Counted from the whole stretch's first letter, positions 48,764-58,812 are shown. The stretch is 59,066 nt of DNA, filler included, from Fonticula-like sp. SCN 57-25 (GCA_001724245.1; 4 parts of 4 records of this genome joined end to end with filler, not necessarily neighbours in it); one strand, 5' to 3'. Notes: generated from the sequence alone by a model not told the origin. Translations and numbers: made by a program.

Positions 48764-49492
48764 GATCTGCAGATCGCGTGGGATGATTTGGTAAGCAACG
48801 GTGGATCAGCGAGCAAGCGAGGAGAACGCACGTGCACCGCTCAAAAATGTGGATATTAAGACAAGCACAACAACGGCTAAAAAGGCGTTATTGGAGTAGA
48901 AGAGACCGAGTTTCACTGATGACGTCGGCTAGAACGCGCAGCAAAACAAGGATGGCCGTTTGCGATAACCTTGTTGAAAAGGAGAAGCAACTCGCCGTCG
49001 GATCGCGGGTCAAAAAAAGCACGTCAAAATTAACGCAACGATATGCTCGGTACTGCCTCGGACGGAATCAAAGGCTACTGCGCACGTCGGCGTGATCGGC
49101 AGGTGCACTAAGATGCTTTGTCTTGAGGACGTGCACGCTTCGCTAGGCAAGGCGCACGCACAAATTCGCCCGAAAAGTAGAAAAAAAGGAAAACGAACAG
49201 GGGTGGAATCTTCCCTGGATGGCATTCTTCTGGTGAATCAGGCGGAATCAGAGGGAATCAGAAGAGTAAGGTGGGATTGCTCTTCCCTACAACCGAACGT
49301 ACGAGTGGGCGGTCACTGTACAAGTTGAAACATTGCCGCACAACACAGTGGCTCGTATAGTTTGAAACAATTATATATGCGTGCTAGCGTAAAGACTAGC
49401 AGTATCATAGCTTCTATAAGAGCCCTCTTCCTCCTATGATTACTACTATATCACACATCACGTTACTTGAGGGGCAGTATCAGGTTTCGGTG

Positions 49493-50028
49493 ATGCCCCG
49501 CAAGCGCGTGGCTCAGAATGTGCTTGATGCCGTGCCAGAGCCCAAGGACCATGAAAAGGTAGTTCAGATGGAGCGTGCTGTTGGGAAGCACCTCTACGAA
49601 GTGCGCTTCCCCAACGGCGAGTTGACACTTTGCCGCATGCCGCCAAAGTTTCGCAACATTGTGTACATCAAGCGGGGTACGTGGCCCTCGTGCGCGGGCA
49701 TTGGCGCCTAACATGCTTTGTAGGCGACCATTTGATCATTGAAGTGAATTCTACGAGTACGAAAGTGGAAGGCGATATTACGTACATTCTCTATGACGAT
49801 CAGAAGCGGGAGCTTGCGCGCAAGGGCCTGTGGCCGGCCGAGTTTGCGCTGACGACGGCGGCCGCGTCGGCATCGGCGCCGACGCAGGCGCGCGACGCCG
49901 ACGACAGCGACAACGAGGACGACTTGATGGAGAATCCCAATAGGCCATACTTTTCCGACTCGGACGATGATGATGACGAGGAGGAGGGGGAGGAGGACGA
50001 GGCAGATGGCGTGCAGGCCTCGGAATGA
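49493..50028 (+). CDS. EIF1AD: eIF1A-domain protein
   Basis: GKHLYEV, LCRMPPKFRNIVYIKRGDHLII, KVEGDI, GLWPAEF, ENPNR and an acidic tail. One intron. Confidence 0.9.
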
Positions 50029-50314
50029 AGTGTATATAGAGTACTGCTTTATGTGACGAGATACGTATATTGTGATAAATATAGTTATACAATTCAAAGG
50101 TGACGATAAAATACACGAATATTTGCTGAAAATAGTGATATAAGGGCCGCTCAAATTGGGTACTCTTCCTTGACAATTGACTTGGCTGTATCGCAAATGT
50201 CAGTAAACTCGACTAGCAAGAACATAGCCGAAACAATAGCAAATATTGGGCAGAAATACAATAACACGAACCCTATTTCCTTTCCTTTCCCTCTTCCCTT
50301 GTCTATTCCTTTCC

Positions 50315-51033
50315 CTATTCGAGGTGATACGCACGTGCAAGTGGTCGTATGGAAGGCGGCCTGCTCCACACACGCAGCTGCAACCAACCCAATAAGTAAC
50401 GCATTTCCCTCATTGGGCGCACGCACCGCTTCGCTTCTCATTTGCGTTGTAATTTGTTCGATCGTCGCCTGCTGCTGCGCGATAAGCGCCCCGATCGATC
50501 TCAGGCGCGCCTCCTGCTCTGCCACGCGATCCGCCAGCCCGTCGTCCACGTAGCCGCTCTGCGGCGGGAACGACGCAAAAAGCGCCGCCTTTGCGCGCGA
50601 CTGGCGAAGGAAATCGCATGCGCGCTGCAGCACCTCCACCTTATTGAGCGGGGGAGTGGCATTGGCCGCGCTCTGGCTGCCGCGGGATTCGGAAGGAGCA
50701 ACAATCATGCGGAGCTCGCTGATGCACTGGTTCAGATCGGAGCGGTACTGCTTCTCCATCGCGCTCTGGCCGCGCGACTTTTCGTCGCGGGCGAGGAAAG
50801 GAAGGCGAAGGGACCGCCCGCCACCGCGCTTGCCTCCTGGGTCAAAGGTAAGACGCACGCCAACCAAAGCAAATGTTCGAACCATCTTCATCGAGATCGG
50901 CGTCAAAGGAAAGATCGGACGGGTCGACAGAGGGAGAGTCAACAGGAGAGCCGACCGATAGAGGCGACCAGCCGGGGCTCTCCTGCCACGTCGGTGAAAC
51001 CGCGCGCGACGACGGCTTGGCCCGGCCCGACAT
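50315..51033 (-). CDS. SREBP-type bHLH transcription factor, apparently soluble
   Basis: QSAMEKQYRSDLNQCISELR...LNKVEVLQRACDFLR, with the Tyr in the basic region typical of SREBP-family bHLHs, followed by a coiled coil. Two inferred introns give MSGRAK... to ...RAYHLE*. Confidence 0.75.
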
Positions 51034-51060
51034 TGGAATGAAACAAACAACGCCCAATTG

Positions 51061-51130
51061 GTCGGTCACGGTCGGCTATAGTCGTTTATAGTCGGGTACG
51101 GTAGGTTATGGTCGGTTATGGTCGTTCACC
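51061..51130. repeat. Degenerate 10-bp tandem array (7 x GTCGGTTAYG) in a bidirectional promoter
   Basis: Units: gtcggtcacg gtcggctata gtcgtttata gtcgggtacg gtaggttatg gtcggttatg gtcgttcacc. Confidence 0.85.
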
Positions 51131-51158
51131 GCTGACGGCTTGTCAGCTGTGTGGGGCA

Positions 51159-52161
51159 ATGTCACGGCTCGCGTTGCTGCTGCTGCTCGCTTCCTCTAGT
51201 GCAGCCGTACACTTGACAGAAGAGCAAGTGAGCGAGTGGCAACTGCGGCGTTCAACGCGTCTAACGAGCAACCCCTCTATAAACTATGTTTTATATGATC
51301 CGTATGCGACAGCACCGTCCGGGCTGTGCACCTGGGCGCGCGAGCACCTCGTCGATGACAGCTATCTCCTGTTGACCTTTGCGACTCATGAATACACCGA
51401 CATTGTCCTTAACTGGGCGGCGGCGCTGTCGCGCTTTGGCGTGCGCGGCGCCGTCTTTGCGCTCGACTCATTGTCGGCAACACAACTCGCTTCTCGCGGG
51501 ATCGACGTGTACGACGGCAGTGATCCGGCATGGACCGAGACCGACTATGCGGATCTGTGGGCGGCGCGAATGGACGCCCTTCTTGATCTGCTAGAGTGCG
51601 GTGTGCGCGTTGCAATGGTGGACGCAGACGCTGTCTTTACCAGTGCACCGGAATGGCCGCAGACGACATCGATCGACATCTGGCTATCTCAGGGCACATT
51701 CCCGCAGGACGTATATTCAAAATGGGGTACGCCATGGGTGAAGAACTGTGTAGGGTCCTTTTTGATCTTATTTTGACGTTTACCGTTTGCGTGCAGGCAC
51801 CGCAGGATGCATGGGCTTTGCCCTGTTCGAGTCGAATGCGCGCACCGTGTCGCTCGTCCGCGCCGTCCTCGCCGACGTCCAATCCTCGGGCGACGACCAA
51901 GTATCGACCAACCGCATTCTTCTATCACGCGGCCTTGACCCTGCGCCCCCAGAGGAGCCCGCGGCCCTCGTCGACCGGTACGGCTGCCTCGCCGACGACG
52001 GCCTGTGCGTCGCCTTTCTCCCCACGGCGATCATCCCGCGCGACTGCGACACCCACGTGGTCAAGGGCGTGCAGCCAATGGCGATGCACTGCCTGACGAG
52101 GAAGAGCGCGCGGAGCAAGGAGAGCGACATGCGGAAGCGCGGCCTCTGGTTCATAGATTAA
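51159..52161 (+). CDS. Nucleotide-diphospho-sugar transferase (GT77/Nucleotid_trans-like)
   Basis: Signal peptide or anchor; LLTFATHEYTDIVLNW, VFALD, LLECGVRVAMVDADAVF (DxD), CMGF, GDDQVSTN, AMHC...KE..MRKRGLWF. One intron. Confidence 0.8.
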
Positions 52162-52481
52162 TGCCTTTAGGGTGATTACGTGTACATAGTTTTGTTGATA
52201 ATGGTATGGTCTTTTGGACTGCTTTTGATTATGTCTTTCGTTTCTCAATGAAACTATTGCGAAAACCTTGATTTCATTAGTACACAACGCAGAAACATGA
52301 GATGGAAGTCAAACAAAGAGAAAGGCTAAAAGCACAACAAAACTCGCTCACAAGAAGAAAGTATTGGGAAAGGAAAGAAAACCAAAGAGAGGGCGACTCG
52401 AAGACTGCAACGAAAGGAACCGGATGCATAGACAGACCAGTAGGGAGGCCGGCTAACCACGAGGCCATCGTCAATGATTGA

Positions 52482-53647
52482 CTATAGGTGATGGTGGTGG
52501 TGGACGTCGTCGGCGTGGTGCGCGGGCTGGTGGTGCTGGTGATGCACGTCCTTGTCGGGCTCTTCGGGCATCATTGACGGGTCATACATTGCAGAAGGCA
52601 GACTCGCTCGCCGCGCGAAATTCTGCAGCAAGTTGACCTCTGTAATCTATGTCACGAAAAACGTCAGAAAAGAAAAGGTCGAAAAAGGGTTTCGTACCCG
52701 CTGCGCGTGGTCGCGCATTGTCTCGACCGTCGAGTTCCGCCGCCGGTAAAAGTCCATCTTGGCGGCTTCAAAGTCATTGTCACTGAAAAGGCGCGCCAGT
52801 CAGCAACCACTGTACAAAAAAGTATAATGTCAACGTACGCTCGCGATTTCCGCTTGCGGAAATTGGCAGCCGAATTGCTCGGTTCGGGCCCCGATTCCGC
52901 CGCCATCGCCGCCGCGGCAACAACAGCAAGCCCCTATTAAATATAGTCAGCAAATGCGCCTTACATACACACGTTAAAGTGACGTACCACGCGGGGCTCG
53001 GCTGCGGCGAGCTTGTCAGTGTTGGCCAGGTACTGGTGCTGCTGCATCATTGGCGCGGGCGCAGGCATCCTCGCGTTCTTGGAAATGGCGCCGAGCTTCT
53101 TCTCGAGCACCTCGAGGCGGCCCTGCAGGTTCAAATTCTCCTGCCGCAGCGAGTCCAGCTCTGTGCAAGGCAAAAGGGTCAGTACAACTTAAGCTGGGTA
53201 ATTCGGGCGCACCGTCGGCGCTAGCGGCTCCGACGACAGCGGTGTACGGCCGCGCGGGCTTGGCAGGAACGCCGGCGCGCTCGCGCAGCCCGACGAGCTC
53301 GGTTTCGTAGACGGTCGTCTTGTTTTCGAGCGACTCGATGTATTCCTGCAATAATTAAGCGATTAGCCAATGATGGCGACAAAAAAGGCTAATGTACCTT
53401 GGCCTTTGTGAGGATCAGGACCGTCGAAGGACGCTCCTGGCGCAGCTGCGGTACAACGTCCTTTAGGTCATTCAGCCGATCCTTCTGGTGCTGGCGGCGC
53501 TTGCGCTCAAGCTCGTTGTGATTCGCACGCTTCTTTCTGCAAGGCCATCAACGTCAGCCACAAGAGTGAAATAGGCGTGAAAACGGACCCTCCGCGGGGC
53601 GTCGACCCGGGCGAGTCGGGCTCCTCGTCAGAAAAGTCGTCCGCCAT
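52482..53647 (-). CDS. Myc/Max/Mxd-type bHLH-ZIP transcription factor (7 exons)
   Basis: Exon 53396-53537, missed by the ORF track, encodes KKRANHNELERKRRQHQKDRLNDLKDVVPQLRQERPSTVLILTKAK|EYIESLE, with the H-E-R basic pattern of CACGTG binders. It is followed by coiled coils, RKRK, RRNS, RRAS and a His-rich end. Confidence 0.85.
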
Positions 53648-54250
53648 GTGTGTTCCTACTATAGCAAAGCGCGCGATGCGTGCGCGCTTGAGCGGTTCCC
53701 CCTTCGCGGCTGAAAAAAGTCAACGAGACCAAGACAGTATCAATATATGTGCGAAGCCACTCGATTCGCTCCTCGCCGTGGCCTTCACCGAGAACAAATG
53801 CTCGTTATCCCTCTCACAATTGCTCTGGCCCGCCGCCACGCAGCAGTCCTGTTTTTCCTGCAAGAATCGCGCCGCCTGTGACGCGTCCCAATGAAAGGGT
53901 CGTCCGCCCACCCCGGAATTCGGTGTCAGGATAAATCGCGATGCTGGATCCGGATCCTCGATCCATCTTCCATCGCGATCCACGCGAAGCGAACCGTTCG
54001 CACAAACAAATGCTCCCATTGGCTGCCCGTGCGCGACACCCGCGTAATGATTGGTCGGTTATTTTTTGGGCGAAATTTGGTCGGAAACACGTTTTTAACG
54101 TTCGAGACCGTGGGACGGCTTAGAGCGCGCCTCATCTAACGAGAGCTAAGCGTAGCGCGCGATCAGGTTGCAGGGCAGTCTGCAACACGCGCGCAAGCAG
54201 TCGCACCGTGATCTTTGAGTGTGGCATCACACATCACGCGAGCGCACTCG

Positions 54251-54260
54251 ACCACGTGGT
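54251..54260. promoter_or_regulatory. Palindromic E-box ACCACGTGGT in the bHLH / CKI shared promoter
   Basis: Perfect 10-bp palindrome containing CCACGTGG, the Myc/Max-preferred site. Confidence 0.55.
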
Positions 54261-54704
54261 TACCGGGGCCGTTTTTGCTGACGTGTTAAGGTCGGGTTGT
54301 AACCGTCACCCACGTTGACCGTTAACCGCCGATCCCTGGTTAGTCAGCTTCAGTCGGTTTGCCATCGAGCGCGCCGCCATCCTTCCGGTGTTTGTACTGC
54401 TGACGCGGAGGAGTACCTGCGGCACCTAACGTGTGTTGCGTTCTCTGCTTTCCGTGCATTTTGTATCGGAGGCAGACATCGGTCGGCTTAACCGTCACCC
54501 CCACGGTACCCCCAACCGGTGCGGTCGTTGTGGCGCATCAGGGGACTTCCTTTTGGAGTCCTTTTTATTGCGCCGAGCGTAGCACTATTAGAGAGAGGAG
54601 CTTTTAAGTAGCTTTCTTTCCTGGCCGTTTACTCGGCTTTTCAACCTTTTGCACCTCCGCCTTTGTGGGCATCTGATTGCGCCACTTTTTTTTGCCACGT
54701 TGGA

Positions 54705-55298
54705 ATGGCGCCAACACCGACAAGAACGCTTCGGGCGCGCCGCCCGAGCGCCCCGTCAGTCCCGCGGCCGTCGACACTGCAGCCTGTTCGCTCTGACGAG
54801 CATGCTAATGAGCGGGAGAACCATTCAACGCGGTCGGTCAATCGGCCTCGGTCGTCGCCGCAGCGTGTTCCCCAGGGCATCACGCTGGCCGACATGCCGC
54901 TTCCGGTGAGCCATCCCGCGCATATCTTGCACAAGGCCGCTGCGGCCGGTGCGTCGCCAGTTTACCAGACGAACCCCGCTCTTCTTGCCCCACCACCGCA
55001 GTCGACGTCGCCATCGACATCGCTGTCTTCGACCTTTTTTGTTGTTCGCCGCAGCCCGCGGATCTCTGCGCGGCAGCAGGACCGCCGCGCGCTTGAGCAG
55101 GAGCAGGAGCAGCAGATGCACCGGGAGACGCCGACGCTCAGCGTGCACGACCTCAAGCGGGATCTCGACAACCTCGTGAGCGACCGGTCGCAGACGTGGA
55201 GTTTTGACTTTGCCGCGGGGAGGCCACTGACCGAGAGCAACGGGAATTATATTTGGACGCCCGTGAATGTCAACAAGGCTGTGTCTGCGAGGAGGTAA
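54705..55298 (+). CDS. Cip/Kip/KRP-type cyclin-dependent kinase inhibitor (C-terminal CDI domain)
   Basis: HDLKRDLDNLVSDRSQTWSFDFAAGRPLTESNGNYIWTPV aligns with p27 EELTRDLEK...SQRKWNFDFQNHKPLEGKYEWQEV. Disordered S/P-rich N-terminus; intronless. Confidence 0.8.
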   Translation: MAPTPTRTLRARRPSAPSVPRPSTLQPVRSDEHANERENHSTRSVNRPRSSPQRVPQGITLADMPLPVSHPAHILHKAAAAGASPVYQTNPALLAPPPQSTSPSTSLSSTFFVVRRSPRISARQQDRRALEQEQEQQMHRETPTLSVHDLKRDLDNLVSDRSQTWSFDFAAGRPLTESNGNYIWTPVNVNKAVSARR

Positions 55299-55667
55299 GG
55301 GCAAGCATGTAGCTTGCTCGTTGTACACTGATTGTTATGGCTTGGCGTGCGCGTGTTTGCGTGCGGGATCATTGCAAAGTATTATTTTTGCTCCGCTGGC
55401 TGCGGATTGTATGTATTGTGTTGTGCATTGTGTTTCTGTGTGCGCGCCCATTGTTGCTCTGGCGACTGCGCTGTGCTGCTCGCCGGTTGGCTGCGTGATC
55501 CGAAACGGTTATTTATCGCGCGGTTGCCGGCGGGCGACGCTGCGGGCTGTGCTCGCGGTGTTCCTCAGACAAATATAGTTTTACTTTATTCGACCTTTAT
55601 GTGCCCTGCCCACTGTGGCGCCCAATCAGAGAATAAATATAGTATAGTCTTATTACGTCTCTAGCCG

Positions 55668-57084
55668 CTATTCGTACAGAGCGATGAGCGCCATTGCGCC
55701 GACGCCCGCGCACATTGCCAGCGTCTCTGCGACCGTCTGCGCAAACGACGCGCGCGTGAGCAGCGAAGGGATGATGCTGACCGTCGCGACGTAAATAAAG
55801 CCGCCGGCCGTGAACGGGACGACCCAGCTGACGCCGTCGCCCTCCGCGCCGGCGGCCGACACGGCCAGCCCAAAGAGGCACCCTAGACAAGGTGAGCGAT
55901 CATGTGCAAAGTACAAAGCGGTTTGCACCTGCAAAGGCGCCGACGGCGGTGAAGAGTTGCGCGATGAGCGCGGCGCGGCGCGAGTAGCCTGACTGAATGA
56001 GAACGGCAAAGTCGCCGATCTCGTGCGGGATCTCGTGGAAAAAGACGGCGATGGTCGTCGAGATGCCGACCTAGGGGGGGTGTAAGGGGAAGAAGGGGGA
56101 AAGGAGGAAGCGCACGGCGGGGCTCGACATGAACGAGGCAGCGATGGCCATGCCGTCGGTAAAGTTGTGCATAAAGTCGGCCACGAGGTTAAGGAGGCTG
56201 CCGATGCGGAGCGAAAGCATCTATTTTAAAGGTGAGGAAGAGGCAAAGGGGAAAGTTCTGCGTACATGCTCGTTGTCGGCGGTGGAAGGAGCGTCGGGGG
56301 TCGGCGGGCTGGCCGGCTTGGCAGCGTTACCGCCGCGGTGGCGGAGACCCGACGCGTCGGTAGCGTGGCTGTGATCGTGGCTGTGACCGTGGCCATCATC
56401 GTGACTGTGACCGTGACCCTCATCGTGGCTGTGGCCGTGACCATCATCATAGCCGTGGTCACCGTGAGAGTGAGAGTGGCCAGAGCCTCCAACGACTGAG
56501 CGCAGGAGCTTTTCCGTGAGGAAAAAGGTCAGCATGCCGCCGAGGACGAGCAGTCCGATGCCGAGATGCGCCGAGTGGTCGTGGCTGACCGATTGATCGT
56601 GCGAGTGCGAGTGGTCGTGGCCGCCTTCGAATGCGTGCGGCAAAAGGTGAAGAAAGACGTCGCCGAGGAGACCGCCAACGGCAAAGGCGACGAGAGTGCG
56701 CAGCACATGCGACGCGATCGGCGACCGGCCGGCCGAAGAGTTTGAGGGAACCAGAAAGAGAAACAGAATAGGAACAAGGCTGATAAACGCAGTCGCCCAA
56801 AGCGCGGACGACGACGGTGTCGTCATAAGAGGCGCCAGCCATGTAATTGGCGAATAGGCGCTCACGTACGAGGCGTACTCTTGCGCAAGCCCGTGGTGAT
56901 GGTGGTGGTGATCGTGAGCATGCCCGTGGGCATGGCCATGCTTGCACGACGACCCATGCGAGTGACCGTGCACTGCATCATGGTCATGATCATGGTCATG
57001 CGGCGGGGGCGGAGAGTACTCTGCTCCGACAACCGCCGCGGTCGCGAGCACTGCCAGCAGTGCGACAACGACACTTCGCCTCAT
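55668..57084 (-). CDS. SLC39A7: ZIP7/KE4-type zinc transporter
   Basis: Signal peptide, His-rich ectodomain, [49 protein letters not shown] and [14 protein letters not shown]. Confidence 0.92.
56365..56479 (-). repeat. Coding 24-bp repeat (GHGHSHD[D/E]) in the ZIP7 His-rich loop
   Basis: Translation reads [39 protein letters not shown]. Confidence 0.8.
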
Positions 57085-57252
57085 CCCTGCTGCCGCGTCT
57101 TAACACACTGCAATGCAGCAATGTTTGCACTTGGATCCGGATCCAGTACGATCGCGATCCGTTTGATTTTGTAACGGTTGATTGCGATTCAAGTTTGTCA
57201 GTTTTTTTCCTTCGTGTGGCGGCGATCGACGGCCGCAGGGGAATTGCACAGC

Positions 57253-58812
57253 ATGTCGAACCCATTTATCATGCGCGTAAGCGAGATTGTCGCGTGGCTT
57301 GAGGATCTTAGCGTTCCTCTCACGGCGGACAACATCAACCGCCCGACATCGGAGCACATTTCTCGCGTCTACGAGGTCCTCACGGATCTGATCCTTGGGA
57401 CGGAGCGCGATGAGTATGAGCCGAATGAGACGATTCTCGAGAGTCTGGAGCGCCCTCAGCTTCTCGTTACTGCGGTCAAGGACATGAGCTACTTTAGGAC
57501 AATGTACGCATGGTTTCCGCTTTTTTCCTGATGGCTGACGGCATGGGAATGTGCAGGTGCCAGCTCATGCAGGCCGCGTGCATCGAGGGCTTTTCGATGA
57601 ACGATCTTATGAACCCGACCCCGCAGCGTGTCATTCGCGTTCTCAGCGCTCTTCACAATTACTATGCGTTCCGCAAGATGCGCCTTTCAGAGTTTCAAAA
57701 GATTAAGGACAATTGCGAGATCCTCCTCGACCAAAAGGCAGAGCAGGAGAACAAGAATGCCGAGCTTGCCGAGCGCATCGACGAAGCAAAGTACGCACTT
57801 GGGCGAGTGTGAAAGTGTTGCTTACATGAATGCGCGTAGGGAGCAGCGCGCCGCCGAGGAGCCGCGCTTCCAGAAGCTGGCCGAGCAGCGCCAGGAGCGC
57901 GAGGAGGAGATTAAGAAGCTCAACGAGCGGCAGGAGGCCATGACCGCCGAGTTCCACCAGTTGAAAAAGATGACGTCAGAGCTCACTGAGCGTGTTGTAC
58001 GTGTTTCAATTTATATTGGAAGCGAGCATTGTGTTGGCAAGTGTCGTTAAAGTGGCGTAAAAAACTTGCGCTGTGGATCATTTATGACCGTATTCGTGTT
58101 GTTCTGCTGTGCTTTTCTGTGTTTTGGCCTTTTCTGACGTGTTCTTTAGAACAAGAGCAAGACGACGGCCGACCAGACTCGCCTCGAGACGAAGCGCCTT
58201 TCCTCGCAGATTGTCAAGGACCCCGACCACCTCAAGCAGTCCCTTCGCGACCTGACGTCGTCGCTCGCCGTCGAGCGCGAGAACGTGACCAACCTTGAGA
58301 AGAAGACGCGCGAGCTGCAGGCCAAGCTTGAGCTTCTCGCGCAGGTTGACATTGACGTTGGCAAGGCCGTGACGCTGATGCAGGAGGTTGAGGTTGAGAT
58401 GAAGCGCGTCGGCGACGCTCAGCGCGAGCTCCAGCGCGTGTCCGAGACTGTGTCTGCCAAGCAGGCCGAGATTGCCGAGCTCCAGGGCCGCCACGCTCAG
58501 CTGAAGCGCGGTGCTCAGGCTGCGCAGGAGAAGGCGATGCGCCAGGACAAGCAGCAGGCGATGCGGCGGGAGGCGAGCGACGCGCGGATGGCGCAGCTCC
58601 GCAAGGAGGTTGAGGGCGTCAACTGCCAGCGCGAGATGCTCGTCAAGCGCATTGAGGAGCAGGAGGCGGTCATCAAGGAGCTGCAGGAGGAGAATGCCAG
58701 GCTCGTCGCAAAGCACGAGGTGCCGCTCAGGATGCTCAGGGCCGACGTGGTGCAGCTCGCCGACGCCGTAAAGTCGTACCACAAGACGCTCGCGCAGTCG
58801 ATCCGCGTCTAG
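57253..58812 (+). CDS. NUF2: Kinetochore Ndc80-complex subunit Nuf2
   Basis: MSNPFIMRVSEIVAWL...LTADNINRPT, LMQAACIEGFSMNDLMNPTPQRVIRVLSALHNYYAFR, SQIVKDPDHLK and a long coiled coil. Three introns. Confidence 0.9.

Noticed and set aside
50151-50314. SREBP transmembrane hairpin in the raw ORF tail
   Set aside because: After removing a canonical 49-nt intron the frame stops at 50315; the hydrophobic stretch is T-rich, UTR-like sequence.
51061-51130. CRISPR array or telomeric repeat
   Set aside because: The units are 10 bp and degenerate with no spacers, there are no cas genes, and the position is internal and promoter-like.
55016-55051. PIP-degron in the CDK inhibitor (TSLSSTFFVVRR)
   Set aside because: It lacks the Gln and TD, and the aromatic spacing is off by one relative to p21.
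3632-57084. Two ZIP transporters as a zinc-homeostasis cluster
   Set aside because: They are on different contigs, more than 50 kb apart, and belong to different subgroups.
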